Source of the DNA: Macrostomum lignano
Taxonomy: Eukaryota
Assembly (NCBI GenBank): GCA_002269645.1
Contig: NIVC01000124.1
Coordinates: 259,443-323,442 of the forward strand
Reading direction: 5' to 3'
DNA: 64,000 bases
Shown here: positions 34,548-53,761 of the stretch, piece by piece
Layout of the letters: every line of letters begins with the position of its first letter
Position numbering within the stretch: the first letter of the stretch is position 1
The notes under the pieces: generated by a model
What the model was told of the DNA's origin: nothing
What the model saw: the letters and a program-made list of their open reading frames with translations, nothing else
Databases searched by the model: none
Program-made: the position numbers and the translations under genes

Positions 34548-36948
34548 TTATATTGAGAATGGCTATAAGCCTATTCAGTACCTTGTTTGTTTTTATGTGA
34601 GAAAGTCTATCTGCTCAGAGAAATGAGCTACTAAAAGTGCACAAAATGTACTGCACATTCTCTGTTGCTTGATGAGAACAATGCGTATGGCTGATAAAAA
34701 ATCTGTAAAGTCTGAAGTGTGATGTCCAACACGAGGAAAAAAGGAGGAAGAGTGATGTGTCAGATTAGTGAAGAATGATGTGTCAGATTATGGAAAGAAT
34801 AATGTGTCAGATTAGTGAAGAATTATTTGTCAGATTATAGAAAGAATGATGTGTCAGATTAGGCATGAATGATGTGTCAGATTACGGAAAGAATGATGTG
34901 TCAGATTAGGCATGAATGATGTGTCAGATTATGGAAAGAATGATGTGTCAGATTATGGAAAGAATGATGTGTCAGATTATGGAAAGAATGATGTGTCAGA
35001 TTATGGAAAGAATGATGTGTCAGATTATGGAAAGAATGATGTGTCAGATTATGGAAAGAATGATGTGTCAGATTATGGAAAGAATGATGTGTCAGATTAT
35101 GGAAAGAATGATGTGTCAGATTATGGAAAGAATGATGTGTCAGATTAGTGAAGAATGATGTGTCAGATTATGAAAGGAATGATGCGTCAGATGATGGAAG
35201 GAATAATGTGTCAGATTAGGCATGAATGATGTGTCAGATTAGTGAATAATGATGTGTCAGATTATGGAAAGAATGATGTGTCAGATTATGGAAAGAATGA
35301 TGTGTCAGATTATGGAAAGAATGATGTGTCAGATTATGAAAAGAATGATGTGTCAGATTATGGAAAGAGTGATGTGTCAGATTATGAAAAGAATGATGTG
35401 TCAGATTATGAAAGAGTGATGTGTCAGATTATGGAAAGAATGATGTGTCAGATTAGTGAAGAATGATTTGTCAGATTATGAAAAGAATGATGTGTCAGAT
35501 TTTGGAAAGAATGATGTGTCAGATTATGAAAGAGTGATGTGTCAGATTATGAAAAGAATGATGTGTCAGATTATGAAAGAGTGATGCGTCAGATTATGAG
35601 AAGAATAATGTGTCAGATTATGGAAAGAATGATGTGTCAGATTATGAAAAGAATGATGCGTCAGATTATGGAAAGAATGATGTGTCAGATTATGGAAAGA
35701 ATGATGTGTCAGATTATGGAAATAATGATGTGTCAGATTATGAATAGAATGATGTGTCAGATTATGAGAAGATGATGTGTCAGATTATGGAAAGAATGAT
35801 GTGTCAGATTATGAATAGAATGATGTGTCAGATTATGGAAAGATTGATGTGTCAGATTATGGAAAGAGTGATGTGTCAGATTATGAAAGAGTGATGTGTC
35901 AGATTATGAAAAGAATGATGTGTCAGATTATGAAAGAGTGATGTGTCAGATTATGAATAGAATGATGTGTCAGATTATGGAAAGAGTGATGTGTCAGATT
36001 ATGAAAAGAATGATGTGTCAGATTATGGAAAGAGTGATGTGCCAGATTATGAAAAGAATAATGCGTCAGATTATGAAAGAGTGATGTGTCAGATTATGAA
36101 AGAGTGATGTGTCAGATTATGAAAGAGTGATGTGTCAAGCTAGTAAAGTGTCAGCAAATTGAGGGGTTCATCATGAATCAATGTACTTACAAACGGTCTA
36201 TCCGAAAATTCTAAAGACCTTCTACATTTTTGAGGATCAGTCATTCGAGTAAAAATGTGTTTAGTACTATTCTAAACAGAAAGTTCTACAAGATCCCCCT
36301 GTAGTCAATCAATGCCTTAAGTCAGGCCAAAGCAGTGCTTAAGACCCTAAAAGTTCTCTTGTGCTTGCTCAGCTCGCGTGAAAATTTCATAACGAGTTGG
36401 TTCTTCAACTCTCATTAGAGACACTCGGTTATATGAGTAGGATGCGATCAATAGGGCTCAATGCACTACTTTATTCAATGAGTAGTACAGAAGCTTTTAC
36501 ATCGTATTATATATTTGGTTTCTGATTACAATAGTGCGGTTGTGAAGTACGCGAAATATATCGGAATTCCGTTGTGAAGAGGTCCGCATATTACAGTTTA
36601 GATTTTGATTAAACTAAGGGCGAACTAGATCAAGAGGTGTCGGGCAGGGACAGAAATGTCGTTGGTGTCAGAAGGCGCTGAAATTTAGTGTCAAATTTTG
36701 GCACTGATATCTGGGTTGATTGCGCGCCAAATGATGTGTCAATTGGGCGTCAGAAGGGCACTGAGTTTATTGCCAGGACGGGCGCTAAGTTTATTGCCAG
36801 GAGGGGCCTGTAAATTTGTGTCAGGATGGGCGCTAAAATAAGTGTCAGGATGGCGCCAAATTTGATGTTTGCAGGGCTTGTTCATACTCATTAAGGAATT
36901 TTATCCTTACACTGGAAGGTTAACTGGAAGGCGTCAGAAGTCCGTCGA

Positions 36949-42156
<5,208 letters not shown>

Positions 42157-42408
42157 TACCTTCACTTTGAGAGGCAAATTTCACACACGAGTAAGAGATT
42201 TTCTGTTGCAACAACGCCATAATAGTTGGCTTTTAATTCCTGCGAATTTAGATAAACCTGGAAGGTTTTTGCGCGCAGCAGGCTATCTTGTACAATCAGA
42301 CCACGTGACTTGATTGCAGTGCGGCCTGAGGGTTACTGTGCAGCGTGCAGCCAAACTGCTAAGCCATTTGGAATCAGTCAGTCAGTCAGTCAGTCAGTCA
42401 GTCACTCA

Positions 42409-42444
<36 letters not shown>

Positions 42445-43372
42445 ATTCAGTCAGTCAGTCACTCAAGTCAGTCAGTCAGTCAGTCAGTCAGTCAGTCAGT
42501 CAGTCAGTCAGTCAGTCAGTCAGTCAGTCAGTCAGTCAGTCAGTCAGTCAGTCAGTCAGTCAGTCAGTCAGTCAGTCAGTCAGTCAGTCAGTCAGTCAGT
42601 CAGTCAGTCAGTCAGTCAGTCAGTCAGTCAGTCAGTCAGTCAGTCAGTCAGTCAGTCAGTCAGTCAGTCAGTCAGTCAGTCAGTCAGTCAGTCAGTCAGT
42701 CAGTCAGTCAGTCAGTCAGACAGTCAGTCAGTCAGTCAGTCAGTCAGTCAGTCAGTCAGACAGTCAGTCAGACAGTCAGTCAGTCAGTCAGTCAGTCAGT
42801 CAGTCAGTCAGTCAGTCAGTCAGTCAGTCAGTCAGTCAGTCAGTCAGTCAGTCAGTCAGTCAGTCAGTCAGTCAGTCAGTCAGTCAGTCAGACAGTCAGT
42901 CAGTCAGTCAGTCAGTCAGTCAGTCAGTCAGCCAGTTAGTCAGTCAGACAGTTCCCATTAAGCATCATGAATCCATCAGAGAAATTCGGTGAAAGCTGAT
43001 GCGGCACAAATATCCTCAATCCTATTTATTTACTTCATCATGGAGGCTGAACAGGCCATCAGGCTCCCAAATAGACCGCCAGTTTTCGGTCAGGAATGCA
43101 GAACAGTTTTACAACTGCGCAAGTGAACTGCTGGGCCACTCCGAGCTTTTAGAGGCAGGTGTGAGTGGCGCATCAGGTTAATTGCTGCATGGGGGTTGGG
43201 GGCTGATTGCCAAACACATCTTCTTCAGCTCTTCATCTGGGGGGTGGTGTCCCAACTGCAAATGGAAAACACAGAAAGCCCCCAACAAAATGCCAAGAAG
43301 ATAAAAAGGCAAAGTTTGAAAAATCAAGCAGAACAAGGGCTGTTTTGACCTGAATATCCCCTGCACAAAAGC

Positions 43373-45223
43373 ATGCATTTCTTCACCCCAATATGCCTGC
43401 TTTTGTTGGCTTCCACTGCTCTGTGCGGTCGCAGCAGAAATGAAACCGAAGCCAGAATTTGGCTGAAAGATTTCACTGAGATGTACAGAAAATATCTGAC
43501 AGCAATGCACGAAGCAGCTTGGACTGCTCAAGTAGGCTTGAGTCCTGGCAACCAGAGTGAGAAGGCCGAGAATTTGACGGATTACGGAGAATTCCGCCGC
43601 ATGAAGCGATTAGAAATGGATCAGCTGTTTGATTGGCGCAATTTTCGGAATGAAACCTTGAGACGATTGTTCTCCAAGGCGGCCGACATTGGCTTCTCTG
43701 TTCTGAACGATACGGAAAAACGAACGCTCGTGAGATCTCAGACTGTCATAAATCGTGTTGAAATTGCCGAGATTCCCTGCCCAAGATTCCCCTCTTAAGA
43801 TTCCCTTCCCGAGATTCAATACCAGAGATTCCCCTTCCCGAGATTCCCCTTCCTGAGATTCCCCTTCCCGAGATTCCCCTTCCCGAGATTCCCCTGCTCG
43901 AGATTCCCCTTCCTGAGATTCCCCTTCCCGAGATTCCCCTTCTCAAGATTCCCCTTCCCGAGATTCCCCTTCCCGAGATACCCCTTCCCGAGATTCCCCT
44001 TCCCGAGATACCCCTTCCCGAGATTCCCCTGCTCGAGATTCCCCTTCCTGAGATTCCCCTTCCCGAGATTCCCCTGCTCGAGATTCCTCTTCCCGAGATT
44101 CCCGTTCCCGAGATTCCCCTTTCCAAGATTCTCTTTCCCGAGATTTTCTTCCTGAGATTCCCTACCCAAGATTTCTCTCCCAAGATTCCCTTGCCGAGAA
44201 TTTCTGCCTAAGATTCCCTTCCTGAGATTCCCTACGCCAGATTCCCTACCCGAGATTCCCTATTAGAAATTCCCCTTCCCGAGATTCCCCTCTCCAAGAT
44301 TCTCTTTCCCGAGATATTCTTCCTGAGATTCCCTGCCCAAGATTCCCCTCTTAAGATTCCCTTCCCGAGATTCCATACCAGAGATTCCCCTGCCCGAGAT
44401 TCCCCTTCCCGAGATTCCCCTTCCCGAGATTCCCCTGCCCGAGATTTCACTTCCCGAGATTCCCCTTCCCGAGATTCCCCTTCCCGAGATTCCCCTCTCC
44501 AAGATTCTCTTTCCCGAGATTTTTTTCCTGAGATTTTCTACCCAAGATTCCTCTTCCAAGATTCCCTTTCCGAGAATTTCTGCCTAAGTTTCCCTTCCTG
44601 AGATTCCCTACGCTAGATTCCCTACCCGAGATTCCTTAACAGAAATTCCCCTTTCCAAGATTCCCTTAATGGAGATTCCCTACTTGAGATTCCCCTTCCC
44701 GAGATTCACCTTCCCGAGATTCCCCTTCCCGAGATTCACCTTCCCGAGATTTCCCTTCCCGAGATTCACCTTCCCGAGATTCCCCTTTCCAAGATTCTCT
44801 ATCCCGAGATTCTTTTTCCAAGATTCTCTTCCCGAGGTTCCCTACCCAAGATTCGCCTCCAAGATTCCCTTCCCGAGAATTTCTTCCTTAGATTCCCTTC
44901 CTGAGATTCCTTACGCCAGATTCCCTACCCGAGATTCCCTATTAGAAATTCCCCTTTCCGAAATTCCCTTAATGGAGATTCCCTAATTGAGATTCCCCTT
45001 CTCGAGATTCCCCTTCTCGAGATTCCCCTTCCCGAGATTCCCCCTCCCGAGATCCCCCCTCCCGAGATTCCCCTTCCCGAGATTCCCCCTCCCGAGATTC
45101 CCCTTCCTGAGATTCCTTTTCTTCCATCATTCCTATCAAAGCCGGTCAACCGCACGCATTTTCAGCGCAACAAGCTGATCTCCCAAATGTCAAATGTCTA
45201 CCGATTGGCGACAGTTGAAGATC
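43373..45223 (+). pseudogene. ACE-B fragment, unit 3: exon 1 (43373-43729) and truncated exon 2 (45166 to ~45223)
   Basis: Exon 2 breaks after ..VED and joins the 20-bp GTGA satellite; its donor site is lost. Confidence 0.8.
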
Positions 45224-48200
45224 AGTGATGGAGGGACTGTGACTGTGATGGAGTGACTGTGACTGTGATGGAGTGACTGTGACTGTGATGGAGTGACTGT
45301 GACTGTGATGGAGTGACTGTGACTGTGATGAAGTGACTGTAACTGTGATGAAGTGACTGTAACTATGATGAAGCGACTGTGAGTGTGATGGAGTGACTGT
45401 GACTGTGATGAAGTGACTGCGAGTGTGATGGAGTGACTGTGAATGCGATGGAGTGACAGTTGGTGTAATAGAGTGACAGTGAGAGTAACAGAGTGACTGT
45501 GACTGTGATGGAGTTACTGTGAATGCGATGGAGTGACAAGAGGTGAGACGGAGTGACAGCGAGTGTGAAAGTGTGACAGTGAGTGTGACAGAATGACAGT
45601 ATGATGAGAAGAGATTTGCACTCTCCAGATTTCTTTTTCAAGGTGTCCCTGGCGCGACCGTCAAGAGAGTGAGGGGTAAGGGGGATATTTTCCAGAGCTA
45701 GGGGAGCACTTCCCAAATCACAGGGGGCTGCCCGGCCAGCTGATTAAAATTAATTAGGTCCGTCCGAATGCAAATTAGTGGCCGCTGCGCCAGCTAGGGG
45801 TGTGGGGGTGTCTTTCGCGGAATCTCTGAGTCCAGTCAGCAAGTATATGAGATCCTCAGGCCTTTATCAGAGTATAGCAAGTTTCCCTCACTCTGCGCTT
45901 TTGCCCGAGATTTCTGGCCAGCCGCTTTGAAGGATTTGAAAGACGAGGGAAAAAAACTTTTTTTCACGGCTTCAAGAATGGCGGTCGGTCATGATTGCTG
46001 CTTTGAGAGAAAAATAAAGTTCTTAACTTTTATTTTGTCTGGCTTCAGCGAGATTTCCAAGATAGGGTTTCCCTGTATTGGAAGTTTCTAGAAAATCTTC
46101 CTAATTGGGGTGCCACAGAATTAATATTAACTAGGGCTGTGAATGAGCACTGCGAATGAGACAGGCGTGAAAATGAGTGTGATGAAGTGACTGTGTGTGC
46201 GATGGAGTGACTGTGAGAGTGATGGAGTGACAATGAGTGAGATGGAGTGACAATGAGTGTGATGGAGTGACAGTGAGTGTGATGGAGTGACAATGAGTGT
46301 GATGGAGTGACAGTGAGTGTGATGAAGTGACAGTGAGTGTAATGGAGTGACAGTGAGTGTGATGGAGTGACTGTGAGTGCGATGGAGTGACAGTGAGTGT
46401 GATGGAGTGACAATGAGTGTGATGAAGTGACTGTGTGTGCGATGGAGTGACTGTGAGAGTGATGGAGTGACAATGAGTGTGATGGAGTGACTGTGAGTGC
46501 GATGGAGTGACTGTGAGAGTGATGGAGTGACAATGAGTGTGATGGAGTGACAATGAGTGTGATGGAGTGACAATGAGTGTGATGAAGTGACTGTGTGTGC
46601 GATGGAGTGACTGTGAGAGTGATGGAGTGACAATGAGTGAGATGGAGTGACAATGAGTGTGATGGAGTGACAGTGAGTGTGATGGAGTGACAATGAGTGT
46701 GATGGAGTGACAGTGAGTGTAATGGAGTGACAGTGAGTGTAATGGAGTGACAGTGAGTGTGATGGAGTGACTGTGAGTGCGATGGAGTGACTGTGAGAGT
46801 GATGGAGTGACAATGAGTGTGATGGAGTGACAGTGAGTGTGATGGAGTGACAATGAGTGTGATGAAGTGACTGTGAGTGCGATGGAGTGACTGTGAGAGT
46901 GATGGAGTGACAATGAGTGTGATGGAGTGACAATGAGTGTGATGGAGTGACAGTGAGTGTAATGGAGTGACAGTGAGTGTAATGGAGTGACAGTGAGTGT
47001 GATGGAGTGACTGTGAGTGTGATGGAGTGACTGTGTGTGCGATGGAGTGACTGTGAGAGTGATGGAGTGACAATGAGTGTGATGGAGTGACAGTGAGTGT
47101 GATGAAGTGACAGTGAGTGTAATGGAGTGACAGTGAGTGTGATGGAGTGACAGTGAATGTGATGGAGTGACAGTGAGTGTGATGGAGTGACAATGAGTGT
47201 GATGGAGTGACAGTGAGTGTGATGGAGTGACAGTGAGTGTAATAGAGTGATTGTGAGTGTGATATAGTGACTGTGAGTGTGATGGAGTGACAGTGAGTGT
47301 GATGGAGTGACAGTGAGTGTAATAGAGTGATTGTGAGTGTGATAGAGTGACTGTGAGTGTGATAGAGTGACTGTGAGTGTGATGGTGTGACTGTGAGTGT
47401 GATGGAGTGACAGTGAGTGTAATAGAGTGACAGTGAGAGTGATAGAGTCAGTGTAAGTATGAGAGACAGACAATGAGTCGTACAGAGTGACAGTGCTAGG
47501 GTGAGAGTGACAGTGAAATAGAGGGAGACTGACAAAATGAGACAATATTATGGTGAGGCAGTAAGAAATTAAATCAACACTACTTTTATTTGTATGGCAA
47601 TTTTCAGTTCCAGATTTAATAACTTTATTCGACTAGAAAAATAATTCTTTAGTTGTACTTTTAAGTTTAACAGCAGACTGCGGTATGTAACTTGCGAGTG
47701 ACAAATTACCAAGCCAGTCTCATTAACCTCCTAATTCTATAAGGCGGCTTGTGGGGGCGCCTTCTGACTTATTCACTTAAATTGGCGCCTTCTGACTCAT
47801 TCACTTAATTTGGCCCCCTTTGACTAATTCACTTTATTTGGCGCCTTCTGACTTATTCACTTAATTTAGCGCCTTCTGACCTATTCACCTAATTTGGCGC
47901 CTTCTGACTTATTCACTTAATTTGGCGCCTTCTGACTCATTCACTTAATTTGGCGCCTTCTGACTCATTCACTTAATTTGGCGCCTTCTGACTTATTCAC
48001 TTAATTTGGCGCCTTCTGACTTATTCACTTAATTTGGCGCCTTTTGACTCATTCACTTTATTTGGTGCCTTCTGACTTATTTACTTTATTTGGCGCCTTC
48101 TGACGCATTCACCTAATTTGGCGCCTCCTGACTTATTCACTTTATTTGGCGCCTTCTGACTTATTCACTTAATTTGGTGCCTTCTGACTTATTTACCGAA

Positions 48201-48813
48201 TTCGGCGCCTTCTGACTCATTCACTTTATTTGGCGCCTTCTGACTTATTTACCGAATTCGGCGCCTTCTGACTCATTAAACTAATTTTGTGCCTTCTGAC
48301 TTATTCACTTTATTGGCGCCTTCTGACTTATTCACTTAATTTGGCGCCTTCTGACTCATTCACCTAATTTGGCGCCTTCTGACTTATTCACTTAATTTGG
48401 CGCCTTCTGATTTATTCACTTTATTTGGCGCCTTCTGACTTATTCACTTAATTTGGCGCCTTCTGACTTATTCACTTAATTTGGCGCCTTGTGACTCATT
48501 CACCTAATTTGGCGCCTTGTGATGCAACCATGTCGCCTCCTGACACCAATCTTGGCGCCTCCAGTCAAACGCTCGACTTTGTTGAGTTCCCAATTCGCTA
48601 GCCGCATCAACCCCCAAGAATTCCTGACCAATGGGAACTGTGCTAGCCAGTATTTTCTAAGGCTTAATACCCTCACAGTAGTGTATAAAATATGCTGAAA
48701 AATTCCAATAGGAATTTTGTCATCTTCGCCGCGTTCTTTTCTCATTTAAAATGCTCAAATAAACAAATAATTCACGCGAGGTTCGATTTTAAACGAAAAC
48801 TACAGCTCAAACT

Positions 48814-50003
48814 ATGGAAGGTGTAAAATTAACCCAATCCAAGTCGCTGCCCGATTCGAGACTATTCGAAGCTTTGGTTCGAAAATTTTCCAGGTGAGCC
48901 ATGTTGCCCCCCCCTAATCTCACCTCATTAGCACCTGTTTAATGAATGTATCCTGAGCAGTGATGCTCAGTAATGATGCTTAGTACAGAAATGTCGTCGA
49001 ATCCAAACTTGGGAATACTTTGTCAACTGGGGATCTGGGAGAGCGGCCGCCCAGCAACTGAGGATCTGGGAGGCTGGCCCAGCAACTGAGGATCTGGGAG
49101 GCTGGCCCAGCAACTGAGGATCTGGGAGGCTGACCCAGCAACTGAGGATCTGGGAGGCTGGCCCAGCAACTGAGGATCTGGGAGGCTGGCCCAGCAACTG
49201 AGGATCTGGGAGGGCGGCCGTCCAGCAACTTAGGATCTGGGAGGCTGGTCCAGCAACTGAGGATCTGGGAGGCTGGCCCAGCAACTGAGGATCTGGGAGG
49301 CTGGCCCAGCAACTGAGGATCTGGGAGGCTGGCCCAGCAACTGAGGATCTGGGAAGCTTGCTCAGCAACTGACACTCTGGGAGGCTGGCCCAGCAACTGA
49401 GGATCTGGGAGGCTGGCCCAGCAACTGAGGATCTGGGAGGCTGGCCCAGCAACTGAGGATCTGGGAGGCTGGCCCAGCAACTGAGGATCTGGGAGGCTGG
49501 CCCAGCAACTGAGGATCTGGGAGGCTGGCCCAGCAACTGAGGATCTGGGAAGCTTGCTCAGCAACTGAGGATCTGGGAGGCTGGCCCAGCAACTGAGGAT
49601 CTGGGAGGCTGGCCCAGCAACTGAGGATCTGGGAGGCTGGCCCAGCAACTGAGGATCTGGGAGGCTGGCCCAGCAACTGAGGATCTGGGAGGCTGGCTCA
49701 GCAACTGAGGATCTGGGAGGCTGGCCCAGCAACTGAGGATCTGGGAGGCTGGCCCAGCAACTGAGGATCTGGGAGGCTGGCCCAGCAACTGAGGATCTGG
49801 GAAGCTGGCCCAGCAACTGAGGATCTGGGAAGCTGGCCCAGCAACTGAGGATCTGAGAGGCTGGCCCAGCAACTGACACTCTGGGAGGCTGGCCCAGCAA
49901 CTGAGGATCTGGGCAGTCCATTCCCAGCGGCTACTCTGGACGCTTTGGCTTCGATATTACCAATCTATTAATATTTCTGGGTGCCAGGACTGGATTAAGA
50001 TAG
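48814..50003 (+). pseudogene. Unit-3 copy of the putative small gene with a premature TAG (50001-50003)
   Basis: GAG to TAG at exon-B codon 25, plus V>A, L>P, P>S changes. Confidence 0.45.
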
Positions 50004-50129
50004 CTGGCCAGCTTCCAGCGCCCTCTCGGTCCGGGAATGTCTCGATCCCGAACTGTGCAGATGATTTATGGTGCATGTTACAATACGCTGGGGAAAATAG
50101 GGATTTCAATGCATCTAATACATGTATAA

Positions 50130-50176
<47 letters not shown>

Positions 50177-50378
50177 GGTCTGCGAAACTGGGTGTTCAAG
50201 TCGTCAGATTATGTTTGATAGGATTTCGGGTGCTCAACTGGTGGATTTTTTGTTGCGTCTGATTTTTGATTGTGGTGTCTTTGTTGTCTTAGCAATTGAG
50301 GTTGTTGTTGAAATCGAAGTTTTCGTAGTTTTGAGGTTATTGTTGTTGTTGTTGCTGTTGTTGTTGTTGAAATTGTGG

Positions 50379-50413
<35 letters not shown>

Positions 50414-50550
50414 GAAATTGAGGCTGTTGTTGTTGTTGTTGTTGTTGTTGTTGCTGCTGCTGTTGTTGTTGAAATTGAGGTTGCTGTTGTTGTTGAAATT
50501 GAGGTTGTTGTTGTTGTTGTTGTTGTTGTTGAAATTCAGGTTGTTGTTGT

Positions 50551-50584
<34 letters not shown>

Positions 50585-50594
50585 GAAATTCAGG

Positions 50595-50626
<32 letters not shown>

Positions 50627-52147
50627 GAAATTGAGGTTGTTGTTGTTGTTGAACTTGAGGTTGTCATTGTTATTTTTATTGATTTAATTGAGGCTGTTGT
50701 TTTTGAAATTGAAGTCGTTGTCGGTGTTGTCGGTGTTGAAATCGAAGTTATTGTTACTGTTGATGAAATTATAAGTTCTTTGTTATTGTTATTGTTAAAA
50801 TTGACGTTGCCGTTGTTTTTTTCAATTTGAAGTTGTACTTTTATTATTGTAGGGGTCATGTACGGCTGAACCCTTGGCTAACATCAGCGGGCCAAATACA
50901 ATTTGTCATTAGTACTGTAAGTAACTGTAAGCGCCAGAAACGGCAGGGCAGGAGTAATGGGATCAAAAGCAAGGAAAGGTGCACGTGGAAAAAATGGCAC
51001 AGCGAAGGTGGACAGCTCGATCGGTTTCCGCATTATGCCTTATTTATTTTTATTAGATTGTCGTCCAGAGCTTAAAAGTTGTTCCGCAGCAACAGTTGCC
51101 GCATAATTTCACCGAAATGCTTTCATATTTCTGCTAACTCTGTCTGTCCTTCACCAGCTTTTAGAATGATTTGCCATCTTTCTTTGACGGGAGAAGCATC
51201 CTCATTGGCCATTCCTTCTAGAAGAAAAAATGCAAAAGCAATTAGCTGCAGATTCCTGCACTCCAGCCGAAATTGCAATACGATTTATCTTTGCCTCGGC
51301 ATCAACTGCTGGCTGCTGCCGCCGATACTGACGGGTCCTGTGGAGTTTCATCGCTCTTTTGAGTCAAGGAGGGTCTGGGAGCTGCGAGGGTGGCGGTAGC
51401 TCAGCAACTGAGAATCTGGGAGGCTGGCCCAGCAACTGTAGGAGGATCTTGAAGGCTGGCCCAGCAACTGAGGATCTGGGAGGCTGGTCCAGCAACTGAG
51501 GATTTAGGAGGCTGGCCCAGCAACTGAGGATCTGGGAGGCTGGTCCAGCAACTGAGGATTTAGGAGGCTGGCCCAGCAACTGAGGATCTGGGAGGCTGGC
51601 CCAGCAACTGAGGATCTGGGAGGCTGGTCCAGCAACTGAGGATTTAGGAGGCTGGCCCAGCAACTGAGGATCTGGGAGGCTGGCCCAGCAACTGAAGATT
51701 TTGGAGGCTGGCTCAGAAACTGAGGATCTGGGAGGCTGGCCCAGCAACTGAGGATCTGGCTAGCCCAGCAACCGAGAATCTGGGAGGCTGGCCCAACAAC
51801 TGAGGATCTGGGAGGCTGGCCCAGCAACAGAGAATCTGAGAGGCTAACCCAGCAACTGAGGATCTGGGAGGCTGGCCCAGCAACTGAAGATTTAGGAGGC
51901 TGGAATGGATCAGCAACTGAGGATCTGGGAGGCTGGCCCAGCAACCGAGGATTTGGGAGGCTGGCCCAGCAACTGAGGATCTGGGAGACTGGATCAGCAA
52001 CTGAGGATCTGGGAGACTGGATCAGCAACTGAGGATCTGGGAGGCTGGATCAGAAACGGAGGATCTGGGAGGCTGGTGGCCTAGATAGAAACTGAGAATA
52101 ATCCAGCGCCCCATCACCGCCTCTCCAGCATCCCCAGCTCAGTCGGC

Positions 52148-52594
52148 ATGGCCGGCCGCAGCTGCAGCCTGCAGGACTCGCAGGCCCTCCGTGAGGCCTA
52201 CTCAAGCAGCGAATGCGACTCAACATCTTCATCCTCATCGAGCTCTGAGAGCCTCTCCAGCTGCAGCAGCAGCGACTCTGAGGGATCCGACGATTGCTCA
52301 GCTTCCTCGAGTGCTTCATCAACGTCTTCATCCTCCTTCGAAGGATCGGTTCAGGTCGACAGCGTGTCGACAGATCGCCGCCCCGACTCCGATCAGTTGA
52401 GTTTCATCGATTTGCGAGGCGCCAGGAGGCGCCAAGATCGGCGCCAAGATCGGCGCCAAGATCGGCGCCCGCTGAGCGCGCTGTCAGAGGAGTCCACCGA
52501 GAGTGGCGACGGCAGCGCTTCGGCGTCAGCTGCTGCTGCATCGGCAGCAGCGGCAGCAGCTGGGCCTACAGCTATCGCACTGCCAGTTATATGA
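52148..52594 (+). CDS. Unit-3 copy of the Ser-rich hypothetical ORF (altered C-terminus)
   Basis: Homology to 17701-18183. Confidence 0.33.
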   Translation: MAGRSCSLQDSQALREAYSSSECDSTSSSSSSSESLSSCSSSDSEGSDDCSASSSASSTSSSSFEGSVQVDSVSTDRRPDSDQLSFIDLRGARRRQDRRQDRRQDRRPLSALSEESTESGDGSASASAAAASAAAAAAGPTAIALPVI

Positions 52595-52810
52595 TTTACT
52601 CAACATATCGGCGCTGGATTATCAAATAATATTGAGAATGGCTATAAGCCTATTCAGTACCTTGTTTGTTTTTATGTGAGCAAGTCTATCTGCTCAGAGA
52701 AATTAGCTGCTAAAAGTGCACAAAATGTACTGCACATTCTCTGTTGCTTGATGAGAACAATGCGTATGGCAGTAGAAGGCATGAGGGGGCTTCTGGGACA
52801 AAATTTTTCA

Positions 52811-53030
52811 CGTCCTCCATAATCCACCTAAATCCATCCATATTATCCCTGACAGAATCAGAAAAAAAGGGGGGTCGCACTCGCTCACAAAACGTCCTCC
52901 ATAATCCACCTAAATCCATCCATATTATCCCCGACAGAATCAGAAAAAAGGGGGGTCGCACTCGCTCACAAAACGTCCTCCATAATCCCATTAAATCCAT
53001 CCATATTATCCCTGACAGAATCAGAGCAGG
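52811..53030. repeat. 81-82-bp subterminal tandem repeat (~2.7 copies) in the presumed left TIR
   Basis: CGTCCTCCATAATCC.. starts at 52811, 52893 and 52974. Confidence 0.88.
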
Positions 53031-53215
53031 TGTCCACTGATACCTGTTATGCTCACTGACACCGACATCCACCCATAGCATGTTCGAAACAATCAGAAAA
53101 TAATCTGCATTCTTCTCCCCACATTCAATCCGCAACGTGCTACCACATCCCAAAGACTTTAAATCATCAGCGCAGGGTCCTTACCCTTTGAAAAAAAATT
53201 AAATTCTCAATAAAA

Positions 53216-53458
53216 ATGTTTCCAGTTGTCTCTCCGGGTTCTTATTACAAAGCGGACGAGCCTAATTACAAGAGCAAGTACCGATGCAAACTAGAATGCA
53301 GCGAGTACATGAGAAAATATTGGCCCGGCATTGAAATCAATGTCCCTAATATTAATCTAGCTCTCCAAAGACACTGGTTTCATAAGTATGGAGTAACCTA
53401 CGTAAAAGATTACGACAGCTACTATAACTTTGCAGAAATCATTAAGCAATTGCGTTAA
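53216..53458 (+). CDS. 80-aa ORF with possible remote similarity to RNase T2 (catalytic residues not conserved)
   Basis: YMRKYWPGI..RHWFHKYG..YY resembles the T2 pattern MxxYWP..HEWxKHG..YF; compared from memory only. Confidence 0.35.
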   Translation: MFPVVSPGSYYKADEPNYKSKYRCKLECSEYMRKYWPGIEINVPNINLALQRHWFHKYGVTYVKDYDSYYNFAEIIKQLR

Positions 53459-53761
53459 AAAACATACTGAGTTCATTTATTCGCAAGTATATTTACATAA
53501 AACAGGAGGAAATAAGGAGGAAAGAGCAGACACTGAGTGTGCAGGGCTATCCGGCTGAGAATTTTCTTCCGCGACGTGCAAGCTAGTTGCAAGGTTGGAA
53601 ATGAAACAATCCAAAATCGATATTCTTCGGATTCAGAATAATATTGATTTTCCTCCCGGTCATTTTGTGAACAGCACTTTCCTGTATTGTCAGGAATTGG
53701 CACGAGTTTAAAAAAAATCCTGGAGATCCAGGAAAGTGTTTAGAAGACTACTATGAGTAGC

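Noticed and set aside
42999-43181. 60-aa ORF between the (CAGT)n array and ACE-B
   Set aside because: The unit-1 copy has an in-frame TAA (GCA TAA vs GCA GAA) and unit 2 lacks the region; probably promoter or UTR.
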